64,000 nucleotides of DNA. Origin: Candidatus Levilactobacillus faecigallinarum. Its GTDB lineage: Bacteria > Bacillota > Bacilli > Lactobacillales > Lactobacillaceae. The notes under the pieces were generated by a model. That model had not been told where the DNA came from, searched no databases, and saw only the letters and a program-made list of their open reading frames with translations. The DNA is taken from contig DXGJ01000020.1 of the NCBI GenBank assembly GCA_019113985.1, forward strand, positions 9,030 to 73,029, written 5' to 3'. The first letter of the stretch is position 1. Each line of letters opens with the position of its first letter. The translations under genes and the position numbers were made by a program. Below are positions 11,453-24,342 of the stretch, piece after piece.

Positions 11453-12262
11453 CTACCCCTTCGCCGCAGTCTGGAAATGCTGCCAGATGAGCGCTAAGAA
11501 ATAGAAGACGGCTTCAATGGCGGCGATAAAGAACGACACCGGGTAATTGGTGACGTAACTCAACACCAGGCCGCTCCAAACCCCGACTAAGGCCAGCAGA
11601 ATCGCCAGGCCCATCATCCCCCCAACCGTGTGAGCGAAGTACTTCGCCGTGGCCGCGGGAAGCGTCAAGAGAATAAAGATCAGCAGGGAACCCACGATTT
11701 GGGCGGCGACACTGACACTCAACGCCAGCAGGACCAGGAAGGTCACCGATAAGGCGTTGGTCCAGAGCCCCTTGACCTGGGCACCAGTGTGGTCGAAGGA
11801 GTCGAACTTCAGGAATCGGTAAATCACCAGGACAACTAATAAGACCAGAATCGACAGCACCAGCATCTGGTACACGTCACTGGCACTAATCCCAATCACA
11901 CTCCCGAAGAGGATGTTGGTGGCGTAACTGGCATTTTTATTGGCCAACGATAGGAACAGAATCCCCATCCCGATGAACAGCGCGGAAATAGCGCTGGTCG
12001 CGGCCTCGCGCCGTTCGGCCCGAACACTCAGCTGGCCCACGATGACTGAGCTGACCACCGTAAACAGCAGCATCCCACTCAGGGGCGTCCAGCCGGCGAA
12101 AATCCCGAAGGCGGCGCCGGAGAAGCCAATCTCGGAGAGCGTGTGGGTCAGGAAGGACATGTTGCGGGCAATCACGAACACGCCCATGATGCCACAAATA
12201 ATGGCGATAATCGTCCCGGCCGCAAACGCGTTGCGCATAAATTCGTAACTAAACACGTTCAC
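11453..12262 (-). CDS. Zn/Mn ABC transporter permease
   Basis: Multiple TM helices, LFGSVIGI, SVAAQIVGSLLIFILLTLPAA (ABC-3 family). Confidence 0.9.
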   Translation of the reverse strand: MNVFSYEFMRNAFAAGTIIAIICGIMGVFVIARNMSFLTHTLSEIGFSGAAFGIFAGWTPLSGMLLFTVVSSVIVGQLSVRAERREAATSAISALFIGMGILFLSLANKNASYATNILFGSVIGISASDVYQMLVLSILVLLVVLVIYRFLKFDSFDHTGAQVKGLWTNALSVTFLVLLALSVSVAAQIVGSLLIFILLTLPAATAKYFAHTVGGMMGLAILLALVGVWSGLVLSYVTNYPVSFFIAAIEAVFYFLALIWQHFQTAAKG

Positions 12263-12941
12263 CCCTCCAAACCTTTTGATCCGTCAGCTCCGCGATGGGC
12301 CCCTGTTCGGTACCCGCTGGCGTCAGCATCAGATACTGTTGACTGTATTTGCGGGCCAACGGGATGTCGTGCGTGACGAACAACACCGTTAGCTGAAGTT
12401 CTCGATTCAATTCCCGGACCAAGTCCAGGAGTTCCGTTTTGGTCACGGGGTCCAGGCTGGCTGTCGATTCGTCCAAAATCAACAGGTTGGGATTCTCCAC
12501 CAAGGCCTGGGCTAAGTACGCCTTCTGTTTCTCCCCACCGGAGGCCTGGCCAATTGGCCGACTAGCAATCTTCTCCAGGCCAGTCTGGGCCAAGATTTTC
12601 ATGACGCGGGACCGTTCACTGCGACTCAGCCAGGGGAGCTTCCAGCCGGTCAGGTTCAGACCAATGAAGTCCCGAATCGTTAAGGGATACTCCGAGTCAA
12701 TATTGCGAAATTGCGGCACGTACCCGATTCGCAGACTGGGATCGTAAGTCACAGTGCCGGTGGTTGGTCGAAGTTGATGCAAGATGGTCCGCATCAGGGT
12801 GGTCTTCCCTACCCCGTTCTCCCCAACGATGCTCCAGAATTCACCCGGCGCCACCGTTAGGTTCAAGTCGTTAAAAACGGGGTGGCCCGGAAAGGTCATC
12901 CCCAAATGTTCAAGCGTTAAAATCGGTTTGGTCGTGGTCAT
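12249..12941 (-). CDS. Zn/Mn ABC transporter ATP-binding protein
   Basis: GENGVGKTT, IGYVPQ, SGGEKQK, LILDES, VTHD. Confidence 0.92.
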   Translation of the reverse strand: MTTTKPILTLEHLGMTFPGHPVFNDLNLTVAPGEFWSIVGENGVGKTTLMRTILHQLRPTTGTVTYDPSLRIGYVPQFRNIDSEYPLTIRDFIGLNLTGWKLPWLSRSERSRVMKILAQTGLEKIASRPIGQASGGEKQKAYLAQALVENPNLLILDESTASLDPVTKTELLDLVRELNRELQLTVLFVTHDIPLARKYSQQYLMLTPAGTEQGPIAELTDQKVWRGERV

Positions 12942-13858
12942 GACGTCCTCGCTTCCTTTTGAATCCGTAAGACTTGCCGATACTGCCCCGCCATCCAGTC
13001 CCGGTAAGTCGTCTTGACTGGCATGGTCTCGGTCACCTTGACCACCGGCACGTGATACTTGCGTGCCAATTGCACCATGGTGGTCACGTTATTACTGGAA
13101 TTTTGGGTATTTTCAACGAAAAAGGCAATCTTGTGTTGTTTGATCTGCTTTTGCAACTGGGTAATATCGGCTGGCGTCGGGTCGCTGTCTTCCTCAATGG
13201 CCTGAGCAAAATGGGGGTTGCTAATTTTATAACCCATCGCTTTCAAGGCCAAGCTAAAGACCGGCTCACTGACCGCCACGGACTGACCATCGGCGTGTTG
13301 CCGAATCTGCCGGACCAACTGCGGTAAAACGGCCAACTGGCGTTCATAGGCTGCGCCTCGGCGCCGAAAGTCGGCCGCGTGGCTGGGGTCCAACTTACTA
13401 AACTGTTTTACCAGTTGACGGGTCATGGTGATCATCAGCTGGGGGTCACTCCACAAGTGCGGGTTGTCCCCCATTTTACGACCCACCAAGCTGCCTAAGT
13501 TTAGGCTCTGAATCTTAGTGTGGGCGTTCGCCGCAACTAACCGGGCCATCCAACTATCGTAGCCCAAGCCGTTTTGAATCACCACATCGGCCTTAGCGAC
13601 CTGCTTGGCCGTCGCAATGTCCGGCTCGAAGCTCTCGGGGTCGATGCTGGGGCTATTAATGACCGTGGTCACGGTCCCCGCCGAGCCCAGGATGGTCTTC
13701 GCCGCTTCCCCGTAAAAGTCCAGGGTCGCGACCACGTTAATGCCATCGGTTTTGGTGACTTTTTTAGTGGTCGTGGTACCGCAACCCCCGAGTAGTAGGG
13801 TCAGGACACCCACCATCACGGTGATTACCAGCCAGCTTCTTCGCCGCACAAGGTTCAA
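12938..13858 (-). CDS. Metal ABC transporter substrate-binding lipoprotein (ZnuA family)
   Basis: Lipobox LGGC, NGLGYDSW, DNPHLW, SEPVF. Confidence 0.9.
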   Translation of the reverse strand: MNLVRRRSWLVITVMVGVLTLLLGGCGTTTTKKVTKTDGINVVATLDFYGEAAKTILGSAGTVTTVINSPSIDPESFEPDIATAKQVAKADVVIQNGLGYDSWMARLVAANAHTKIQSLNLGSLVGRKMGDNPHLWSDPQLMITMTRQLVKQFSKLDPSHAADFRRRGAAYERQLAVLPQLVRQIRQHADGQSVAVSEPVFSLALKAMGYKISNPHFAQAIEEDSDPTPADITQLQKQIKQHKIAFFVENTQNSSNNVTTMVQLARKYHVPVVKVTETMPVKTTYRDWMAGQYRQVLRIQKEARTS

Positions 13859-13879
13859 CTCTTTTCATCGAAATATCTG

Positions 13880-13902
13880 TAAATGATAACAATTACCATT
13901 TA
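13880..13902. promoter_or_regulatory. Zur box
   Basis: TAAATGATAACAATTACCATTTA is an imperfect palindrome resembling the Firmicute Zur box TAAATCGTAATNATTACGATTTA, just upstream of the ABC operon. Confidence 0.7.
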
Positions 13903-13946
13903 CTAGTTTACTGAATTCTGAAAGCTTGTCAATCATTTTTCGAAAA

Positions 13947-14888
13947 TTAATCGTGCATGTAAGGCGCCAGGAACTCGGCCATCACGTGATCGTACTTGGC
14001 TGGGTCGGCCGCCCGGGTCGCGATGTGTGCGGCATTGGGGTGACGGTAGCGCTGCTTAGGACCGGCTGCCGCCTGGTATAGAATGTCTAGGTTCTCGATG
14101 GGGACGGTCTGGTCGTTGGCCCCCTGAATCAACAGGATGGGCAACTGGGTGTGGCGAATCTGCTCGGCGATGTCCCCGTCACTTAACCGATAACCGGCGT
14201 CAACCCGCGAATACTGGTCAGCCACCGCCATGGTTGGCTGGGACGGTACGTGATACTTATGGGTCAAGCGGTAACGTGCCTCGGCGGCGATGGAGGCGTA
14301 GCCTGAATCGGCGATGACCGCCTTCACGTTGCTAGGCAGGTCTTCTCCGGCGGTCGCGAGTACCGTGGCGGCCCCCATCGATATCCCCATCAGGACAATT
14401 TGGACGTCGGTTCCGCGGGCGTCGATGAGCTTATCGATCCACTGCTGGTAGTCATGGCGGTCCAGCCAGCCGTAGCCGATAGTGGTACCGGCACTCTCAC
14501 CGTGAGCCCGGGCGTCAGGCATCAGAACACTATAGCCCCAGTCCTGGAAGACCCGGGCCCAGGGAATCATTTGTTCACGTGAATGGCCCAGGCCGTGGGC
14601 CAGAATGACCACCCGGTTGCCTGGCTGATCGTTGGCGATGAACGAGGCCCGCAACTGCAAGCCATCCTGACTGGTAATCTGCCACTCCCGCGGCTGCTGC
14701 ATCAGGTACCATGCGTTGTCGGCCGCGGTATTCTCCTCGATTGAACGTTGTCGCGTCTTTTGTCGGTTACGGGCGAAGGACTTCATCCCCACCTGATAGA
14801 CAACTGCGGTCCCGCCCAACAAACCAGCGATTCCCGTTGCCACCAATCCGGCCGTAATACCGGCCCACTTCTGCCAAGTTTTTGCCAT
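13947..14888 (-). CDS. Membrane-anchored alpha/beta hydrolase (YqkD-like)
   Basis: N-terminal TM, HGLG, DARAHGES, GISMG nucleophile elbow, DQTVP, catalytic His near C-terminus. Confidence 0.88.
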   Translation of the reverse strand: MAKTWQKWAGITAGLVATGIAGLLGGTAVVYQVGMKSFARNRQKTRQRSIEENTAADNAWYLMQQPREWQITSQDGLQLRASFIANDQPGNRVVILAHGLGHSREQMIPWARVFQDWGYSVLMPDARAHGESAGTTIGYGWLDRHDYQQWIDKLIDARGTDVQIVLMGISMGAATVLATAGEDLPSNVKAVIADSGYASIAAEARYRLTHKYHVPSQPTMAVADQYSRVDAGYRLSDGDIAEQIRHTQLPILLIQGANDQTVPIENLDILYQAAAGPKQRYRHPNAAHIATRAADPAKYDHVMAEFLAPYMHD

Positions 14889-15017
14889 GCCACTCGCACT
14901 CCTTTAGTCTTCTTTTCGTTACCCTTACCTTACCCGAAATCTTGTTCCGGTGCCATCCATTACCGCCTAAATTAACTAGAAAGTAATCTTGTTGAGTGGA
15001 TACGGAGGGCGTCGACC

Positions 15018-15845
15018 AGTCGTTGTTGGTCGCTACGCTCCGCCGAGTATTGTCGCCGTAGTGGACACGACTCTGAAGCTACGCGAAAATCACGCGCATC
15101 TCCAGAGCTCGGCCTTGTTGTAAGCTGGCCAAGCCCGCCAGCTAACAACAATTTCACCACGGCGCCAAAGTCGGCTCCGCTTCGCTAACAGTGACGAGAA
15201 CCCTAACAAAGTGACAAGGTATGGCAACTTGGGCAGGGATAGTCTTAGCAGATTACTTTCAACATCATTTGTCGTGTAAGATGTGAATTACCTGACTATC
15301 AGCGCGGAATCTCGACATAACACAACGACATGCTTTTGCGATACGTGGGCTGTTCTACTGACTAAAATAATCAGGCGACAGATAGAAGACATGGTGATAA
15401 CCGGCCAAGCACTTACTCGAACTAGACTTGATTTCAGTTCGTTGGACCGCTGTCGTGCACGCTGACAACCTGTGTATAAAGAAGCCTGTTAGGAGCCTGT
15501 TAGAGGCCGACAATCATTTTGAGATTATGAGGAAAATGATGGCTTACGATAGCCCGTATCCAAACGACAGTTAACTCGTAACCACACCGCCTATATCCGC
15601 CAGGATGGAAAATCTCAAGTTGTTAATGATCCGCTAAGAGTTGCCATACCAGGAACTTTGTCTCGGTTCTCGTCACCATTAGTGAAGCGGAGCCGACTTT
15701 GGTCCCGTGGTGTCGTTATGCTTAGCTGGCGTTCTGGGCCGGCTTAGCATAAGGCCGAGTTCTCGAGACAAGTGGGCTGCTTGGCTTGAGAATCGTGCCC
15801 ACTACGGAACCAATACTCGGCGCAGCGCAACGGCCAACAACGACT
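15018..15845. repeat. Long imperfect inverted repeat (arms 15018-15229 and 15639-15845) around a ~410 bp non-coding spacer; REPIN/MITE-like
   Basis: Reverse-complement pairs: agtcgttgttgg/ccaacaacgact, cgccgagtattg/caatactcggcg, ccaaagtcggctccgcttc/gaagcggagccgactttgg, gtgacgagaacc/ggttctcgtcac, ggtatggcaact/agttgccatacc. Confidence 0.85.
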
Positions 15846-15948
15846 AACATAACCAACAACATCACCACGAAAAAACGGATGTGGCAATCACACCACATCC
15901 GTCTAAAATTTTACGTTCGTTTTATCGGAATTATTTTTGATTCAAACA

Positions 15949-18337
<2,389 letters not shown>

Positions 18338-18406
18338 CTATTAATTACAAAACGCGACACCGACCGGCCATGGTAGCCACTCCGTATCGCGCTTTGTGTA
18401 AATGTC

Positions 18407-19564
18407 TTAGTGATGAAAGATCAATCGGGTCCGCGGCATGTGCAACACCTGGTGAATCGCCAGCGAGGCACCACCCAATAGCGTGGCGTACCGCACGTCC
18501 TTAGACAACACCAACGGTGGGACTAAGGGCATAAACCCTAGTTTCATCTGAATATTCTTTAGAATCTCTGGAATCTGATCGACTAGCGGCGAGTTGAAAA
18601 ACACCATCTGGGGATCATACGCAGTTATGAGGTCACTGGTGACGATGGCAAGCTGATAACAGAAGTCCTCCAGGAGCTCCGTTATGCTGGCATCGTGCCG
18701 ATTGTAATCGACCACCAGTTGCGCCAACGTATAGTCGGACTGCTTCTTCAGCTGTCCAGCCTTGTGTAACAAGGCCGTCTGCGACCACTCCGCCCCGAAG
18801 GTCGGTAATTTATCCAACCGCCGATGGGGCGCACTGGTGTCCTGAACCATAATCTGACCAATCTCACCGGCCTGACCGTAGTTCCCTCGGTAAATCTGGG
18901 TATTCAGGATAATGCCCGCACCGATACCTTCATGAATGCTGACGGAAACGATGTTTTGCAACTCCTGCTTACTGAAGTCCTGTTCAAAGATAGCGGACAG
19001 GTTGGCCTCATTTTCCAAAATAACGGGAACCGTGTAGCGGGCCTTGAAGTGCCCGACCAGGTCAAAATCATCGAAGTCCACGAACGGCGACTCCACGATT
19101 TTATCCTGATAGACCACCCCGAAGATGGCGATAGAGATAGCGAGCAGCCCCTCCGACACGTCAAACTTCGGCAGTTGATCGATCATGTGTTCCATCACCG
19201 TCACGATTTCCGTCACAGTCCGCTGATTGACCGGCTGGGTGCTAGATTCCAGCGCGCGTCCGTCTAAGCGGGCCACTAACATCTCGATGTTTTCCCCGGA
19301 GATGCTGAAGTTGATGACGTACCCATAAGCGGCGTTGTACTCGACCAGTTCGGGGCGCCGGCCACTAGAACTCGCGGTCCGGTCCTCACCAATACTCAAG
19401 ACTAACTTCCGTTGAATCAGCGACCCGACAATGTCGGAAACCGTAACCTTGTTCAACCCCAATAGCTTCGAAACATCGTTCCGAGAGATGGGCCCATGGT
19501 TCACGATGGCCTGAAGCACCGAATGTTCGTTATGGTCCCGCATAACGTCCTTATTAATAATCAC
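18407..19564 (-). CDS. ROK family transcriptional repressor (XylR-like)
   Basis: N-terminal HTH (ISRNDVSKLLGLNKVTVS, GRRP) plus ROK domain (ENEANLSA, GIGAG, GEIG). Confidence 0.88.
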   Translation of the reverse strand: MIINKDVMRDHNEHSVLQAIVNHGPISRNDVSKLLGLNKVTVSDIVGSLIQRKLVLSIGEDRTASSSGRRPELVEYNAAYGYVINFSISGENIEMLVARLDGRALESSTQPVNQRTVTEIVTVMEHMIDQLPKFDVSEGLLAISIAIFGVVYQDKIVESPFVDFDDFDLVGHFKARYTVPVILENEANLSAIFEQDFSKQELQNIVSVSIHEGIGAGIILNTQIYRGNYGQAGEIGQIMVQDTSAPHRRLDKLPTFGAEWSQTALLHKAGQLKKQSDYTLAQLVVDYNRHDASITELLEDFCYQLAIVTSDLITAYDPQMVFFNSPLVDQIPEILKNIQMKLGFMPLVPPLVLSKDVRYATLLGGASLAIHQVLHMPRTRLIFHH

Positions 19565-19588
19565 AATGGCTCAACTCACTTTATCCGT

Positions 19589-20989
19589 TTAGTCGGCATC
19601 TTCCGCGTTTTCCTTGGCGTGCTTGACAGCAAGGTCACTTTGCATTTGCTTTTCGATACCATCTACATGATAGAACATCAGCGCAATCCCGGAAAGCGCG
19701 AACCCAATCAGGGGTACCCAGATGTAGTTCATTTCAATCCCACGTAAGGCAGAAGCGGTCTGGGCGTGGTTTGCAATGTAGCCCGTGGAGGTCAGTAACC
19801 AACCAGTGATCACACCACCAATCCCCATCCCTAACTTAGCAGAGAAACTGGAGAATGAAGTAACAATTCCTTCGGCCCGAACACCGTTCTTCCATTCACC
19901 GTAGTCAACGGCATCGGCTAACATTACGGCAATCAAGCCGGAAACGTAACCAGTACCCAGGTAACCAACGATGGTGGCGAAAATGATCATTGGAACGTTT
20001 AGGTGGCTCGCACCAACGCTTAAGAGTAATTGACCAACAACGGCCAAAATCATCCCACCCAGCATGGTGTTCCGCTTACCAATCCACTTGGAGGTCATTG
20101 GCGTTAAGACAACGGCAACCAAGGCAACGATTTGTAAACTCAAAACAAATGAAGCTAAACCAGCGTCATGCATGTTGTACTTGAAGAAGTAAACCGTAAC
20201 TTGTGACCGGGTCTGCATCCCCATCCAGTAAATGAAGTTGATGAAGATGATGATGGCCCAAGGCCAGTTCCGACGAAGCGCTTTCAAAGATTGCTTGATT
20301 GGAATGGACTTCCGAGAACTCTTGGTCTGAACCCGTTCCTTAGTGTTCTTGAACACGAAGGCAAAGATCAAAACCACGATAATCCCAACGATCAAAGCCC
20401 AAATGAACCAGCCGTGAGCGCTCGTGGTGGAACCGCCGCCGAAGAAGGCAACCATTCCCAGGGTAATCCCGGTGATTAAAGTAGCACCAGCGGTCCCCAT
20501 GAACTGACGAATTGTCGACAACGTTACCCGTTCTTGTGGGTTGCTAGTTAATGATGGCAAGATCGAAGTAATTGGAATATTGACGGCTGAATAAAGAACA
20601 TCAACCCCAATGTAGGTAACGTAGGCCCAAATCAATTTACCCGTTAAACTCAAGTTTGGCGTGGTAAAGACCAGGACACAGAAGACAGCGAACGGAATGG
20701 AGAACCATAACCAGTATGGTCGACTCTTCCCGTACTTGGTGTGGGTGTGGTCAATCATAATTCCCCAGAACGGACCATCGAAGGCATCGACGATTCGAGC
20801 TGCAAGGAATAAGGTCCCAACGGCAGCGGCACTGATACCAAAAGTATCCGTGTAGAAAATCATTAAGTACGTCCCAACCATCTGGAAAGACAGGTTGCAG
20901 GCAAAGTCACTCAAACTATAGGCGAATCGTTCCTTCCAAGGTACCATGTTTTTGCTGGCAACCTCGGCATGTGGAGCATTTTCACTCAT
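19589..20989 (-). CDS. GPH-family (MFS) glycoside:cation symporter
   Basis: FYTDTFG, DAFDGPFWGIMIDHT, GKSRPY, DAVDYGEWKNGVRAEG; ATG 20989 with RBS gaggtg. Confidence 0.9.
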   Translation of the reverse strand: MSENAPHAEVASKNMVPWKERFAYSLSDFACNLSFQMVGTYLMIFYTDTFGISAAAVGTLFLAARIVDAFDGPFWGIMIDHTHTKYGKSRPYWLWFSIPFAVFCVLVFTTPNLSLTGKLIWAYVTYIGVDVLYSAVNIPITSILPSLTSNPQERVTLSTIRQFMGTAGATLITGITLGMVAFFGGGSTTSAHGWFIWALIVGIIVVLIFAFVFKNTKERVQTKSSRKSIPIKQSLKALRRNWPWAIIIFINFIYWMGMQTRSQVTVYFFKYNMHDAGLASFVLSLQIVALVAVVLTPMTSKWIGKRNTMLGGMILAVVGQLLLSVGASHLNVPMIIFATIVGYLGTGYVSGLIAVMLADAVDYGEWKNGVRAEGIVTSFSSFSAKLGMGIGGVITGWLLTSTGYIANHAQTASALRGIEMNYIWVPLIGFALSGIALMFYHVDGIEKQMQSDLAVKHAKENAEDAD

Positions 20990-21056
20990 ATCAAACACCT
21001 CTTTGGCTAAAAGTAGTGATGCCATTAATAAATTCAACTTTCAATGAATACAATAC

Positions 21057-21070
21057 TGTAACCGTTTTCA
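21057..21070 (-). promoter_or_regulatory. cre (CcpA) site
   Basis: Minus strand TGAAAACGGTTACA matches the cre consensus, ~70 bp upstream of the symporter. Confidence 0.8.
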
Positions 21071-21409
21071 AATGTCAATATCTATTTTGTTTCAATCTCG
21101 TTTAAAGTGGCTCTACCACAGGGTTGTAAGCGATTATTTTTATTTAGTTGCCGTTGACAACCTACTGGGAAGCCGCTAAACTACACTTGATGATTAAGAA
21201 ATTCAACTTTCAATACGATTATGCCGGGAAGCTGTTTAACCAACCAAGGGCCAATGATGCCCCTTGCGCCGTCATCAACAGTGTTGTTGATGCTTTGGCT
21301 CAGACGGTAACGGTCCGTTAATCATCCGGTACCACCTGGTCAACCCGCTTCGGCCCCTGTTGACCCCTTCCCATCGATGCGTGGACGTCACGCCCACACA
21401 TCCCATAAT

Positions 21410-21459
21410 CCAATAGAAAAGGCGCAACCGAAAAGCATCGGCTGCGCCTTTTCTATTGG
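21410..21459. terminator. Intrinsic terminator downstream of ispE
   Basis: ccaatagaaaaggcgca...tgcgccttttctattgg inverted repeat. Confidence 0.75.
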
Positions 21460-21538
21460 TAAAGTCACCTGACGAACGCTTAGAACCGAAGAAAACGCGG
21501 AACGAACTGCTGCTCGTTTCGCGCCTTTTATTTGGCTT

Positions 21539-22393
21539 TTAAGGTAGTGGCCGCACCAGGTAAACCTCCCGGCAGAACCCCTTCATCCCGTTGAAGACCC
21601 GTTGGGCCCGCGATTGTTTGCTACAGAGACCGAAGACCGTGGGCCCCGTCCCGCTCATCTGCGCAGCATCGGCCCCGAACTTCATCATCTGTTGTTTCAG
21701 TTGCGTAATCTCCGGGTGCCGCTTCGCTGTCAAGGGTTCTAGCGCATTGCCCATCACCGCACACATCGCGTCGATGTCCTGCTCGCGAACTGCGCGCAGC
21801 AAGGCGTCGATATCCGGATGGGCCAAGTCATCGTACCGGATGCGCTGGAGAATACTGGGCGTCGACACGCTGACCTTGGGCTTGGCCAAGACCACCCACG
21901 ACGTTGGTAACTTCGAGAGCGGTGTGATTCGCTCCCCGCGTCCCCGTACGTGAGCGGTGCGCCCATACACACAATATGGCACGTCCGAATCAATCTGCAG
22001 GCCTAACTTGGCCAGTTCCTGCCACGACAAGCCTAGGTTCCAGAGCTGGTTCAACCCGCGTAACACCGCCGCGGCATCCGACGACCCGCCACCAAGCCCC
22101 GCAGCAACTGGGATATTCTTCTTAATACGGATGTTGACCCCTTCGTTGATATGAAATTTCGTTTGCAGCAAGTGGGCCGCCTGAAAGGCCAGGTTACGTT
22201 GATCGTTGGGTAAGAAACCACTATCCGAGGCAACCCGGATGCGTTTGTGCTTCGTCAACGTCTGAATCTCAACATAATCGGCCAAATCGACCGAGGTCAT
22301 CACCATATTCCACTCCTCCGCCCCATCCTGATGATGGTAGGGGGTGTCGAGCCCGAGGTTTATCTTGGCTGGGGCCTTTTCAATCAGTTGCAT
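21539..22393 (-). CDS. ispE: 4-diphosphocytidyl-2C-methyl-D-erythritol kinase (GHMP kinase)
   Basis: APAKINL, KNIPVAAGLGGGSSDAA, MSGTGPT; veg-ispE synteny. Confidence 0.93.
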   Translation of the reverse strand: MQLIEKAPAKINLGLDTPYHHQDGAEEWNMVMTSVDLADYVEIQTLTKHKRIRVASDSGFLPNDQRNLAFQAAHLLQTKFHINEGVNIRIKKNIPVAAGLGGGSSDAAAVLRGLNQLWNLGLSWQELAKLGLQIDSDVPYCVYGRTAHVRGRGERITPLSKLPTSWVVLAKPKVSVSTPSILQRIRYDDLAHPDIDALLRAVREQDIDAMCAVMGNALEPLTAKRHPEITQLKQQMMKFGADAAQMSGTGPTVFGLCSKQSRAQRVFNGMKGFCREVYLVRPLP

Positions 22394-22548
22394 GAGCTCA
22401 CCTTAATTCCGGGTAGGCCACTGACCTACCGTACTCGTGAATCTAATTAAGCCCATTATACTATGGAAGGTGCCAAAATGGGAACTCCTCCATTAGAAAT
22501 GCGTCCCACCCATTTTTAGGCAAAATAAAAAGGCCCTACTCGGCCCAA

Positions 22549-22788
22549 TTATTGTTCATCGAAGTCGACTTCGATGTTTTTGGTTAAGATATCGGTGTAA
22601 CTGTATGAAACACGTTCGAATGAATTCTCGTTTTGGTCGAGATCCACTACGAAGACAGCGGGATAAGTTTCCCGAAGAATACCGTGCCGTTCGGTCGTTT
22701 TCTTACGGCCAGCCTGGGCAATTACCATCAACTTATCACCAATACGGTCATCTAGCTTGTTCTTAATGTTCGCTAAACTTGTTGGCAT
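22549..22788 (-). CDS. veg: Veg protein
   Basis: AQAGRKK, ETYPAVFVV, RVSYSYTDILT. Confidence 0.93.
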   Translation of the reverse strand: MPTSLANIKNKLDDRIGDKLMVIAQAGRKKTTERHGILRETYPAVFVVDLDQNENSFERVSYSYTDILTKNIEVDFDEQ

Positions 22789-22886
22789 GCACTTCACCTC
22801 TGTGAAACATGATACCATAGTTTCACAAGAAATGCAAATTATACCACACTCGTCCCGTAAGCGCAATAATCAGCGATTGGTAAGGG

Positions 22887-23777
22887 TTACATTAAGCCTT
22901 CATCATGAAATGCATTCACCAATTCGATAAAATTCAGCAACGTTAACCGCTCTGGCCGTAATTGCCGCGAAATATCGACCTTGTTCAGAACTGTTTCAAT
23001 CCGTTCCCGGACCTCCGGTTGCTTGCCGAAGATGCCTTGCAGGTTGTTCCACAACGACTTCCGCCGGTGAGCAAAGCACCCCTTCACAAAGCCAAACAAA
23101 GCTTTGTCGTCGTACGGCGTCACGGGTAAGCTCTCCCGGGGCGTCAGCCGAATAATGGCCGAGTCCACGTTGGGCTGCGGGATAAAGGCCGTGCGGGGCA
23201 CCTCAAACGCAATCTCCACGTTCGCCCGGTACTGCATGACCACTGACAAAGAGCCGTATTCCTTGTTGCCTGGCTCGGCACTTAGGCGATCGGCGACTTC
23301 TTTTTGCATCATCACCACAATCTGGTCAAACGCCACGTTACTTTGCAAGACCCCCATCAGAATCGGGGTCGTAATGTAGTACGGCAGGTTGGCAACCAGC
23401 TTGAGCGGATGCCCCGGCTCGAACTCATCACGGATAACGTCGGGCAAATTCGCCTTCAAAATATCCTGGTTGATAATTTTAACGTTGTCGTAGGGTAATA
23501 ACGTTTCATCTAGGACCGGCAAAAGGTTCTCGTCAATTTCAAACGCCACGACCTTACGGGCCTTGAGCGCAATCTGCTCGGTCAGCGCCCCAATCCCGGG
23601 GCCGATCTCGATAACGTTATCGTTCTCGGACACGTCGGCCGCACTCACGATGTTGCGTAAAATGTTCAGGTCAGACAGGAAATTTTGCCCCAAGCTCTTC
23701 TTGGCCACCAACCGGTAGCGGTTTAAAATGGCTTTGGTCCGAGCCGGGGAACCAATCTCGGGTACACTGTTATTCAT
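22887..23777 (-). CDS. rsmA: 16S rRNA m6,2A dimethyltransferase
   Basis: [29 protein letters not shown]. Confidence 0.96.
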   Translation of the reverse strand: MNNSVPEIGSPARTKAILNRYRLVAKKSLGQNFLSDLNILRNIVSAADVSENDNVIEIGPGIGALTEQIALKARKVVAFEIDENLLPVLDETLLPYDNVKIINQDILKANLPDVIRDEFEPGHPLKLVANLPYYITTPILMGVLQSNVAFDQIVVMMQKEVADRLSAEPGNKEYGSLSVVMQYRANVEIAFEVPRTAFIPQPNVDSAIIRLTPRESLPVTPYDDKALFGFVKGCFAHRRKSLWNNLQGIFGKQPEVRERIETVLNKVDISRQLRPERLTLLNFIELVNAFHDEGLM

Positions 23778-24342
23778 GGGCATCCTCCTTTGTTGCGGGG
23801 AGTTGGGCAACCGCGGCCGCAAAGTCAGCCGGTTGGATGCCGAACATCCGTAAACGTTTCTCTAATTGTTTTCCGTTGACGTAGCCAATCTGTAGCGCCT
23901 CGCCCAACAGCTCACGGCGGCGCTTAGCCCCCGCCCCGCCAATCAGGCCAGCCACCATCAGGTCACTGTGGCTGATTAGTTCGGGTGCGGCATCGGTCTC
24001 GGTATACACGTGGTCCAACGCCGCCCGGATGGCCTCCGGCGTGGCGTGCTCCACGCCCAACGAGCCGCCAGCCTTGTCCGGACGCCCGGCCTTCTTAGGC
24101 AAAAAGGCGTGTTTGGCATTGGGAACGGCCTCGGCCACGATTTTCCGAATCTTCTCGCCGGAGAAATCCGGGTCGGTGAAGATGATGACCCCCCGTTGGT
24201 CGGCCAACTTCTCAATCAATGCCAGTGTGTCGTCATCGATGGCCGATCCCCGGGTCTCAATGGTGTCGGCGTTGACCGCCCGGTTGATGGCCTTGGTGTC
24301 GTCCTTGCCCTCGACGACCAGCACTTCTTTAATCTTTTTCAA
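23770..24342 (-). CDS. rnmV: Ribonuclease M5
   Basis: Toprim [24 protein letters not shown]. Confidence 0.95.
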   Translation of the reverse strand: MKKIKEVLVVEGKDDTKAINRAVNADTIETRGSAIDDDTLALIEKLADQRGVIIFTDPDFSGEKIRKIVAEAVPNAKHAFLPKKAGRPDKAGGSLGVEHATPEAIRAALDHVYTETDAAPELISHSDLMVAGLIGGAGAKRRRELLGEALQIGYVNGKQLEKRLRMFGIQPADFAAAVAQLPATKEDAHE

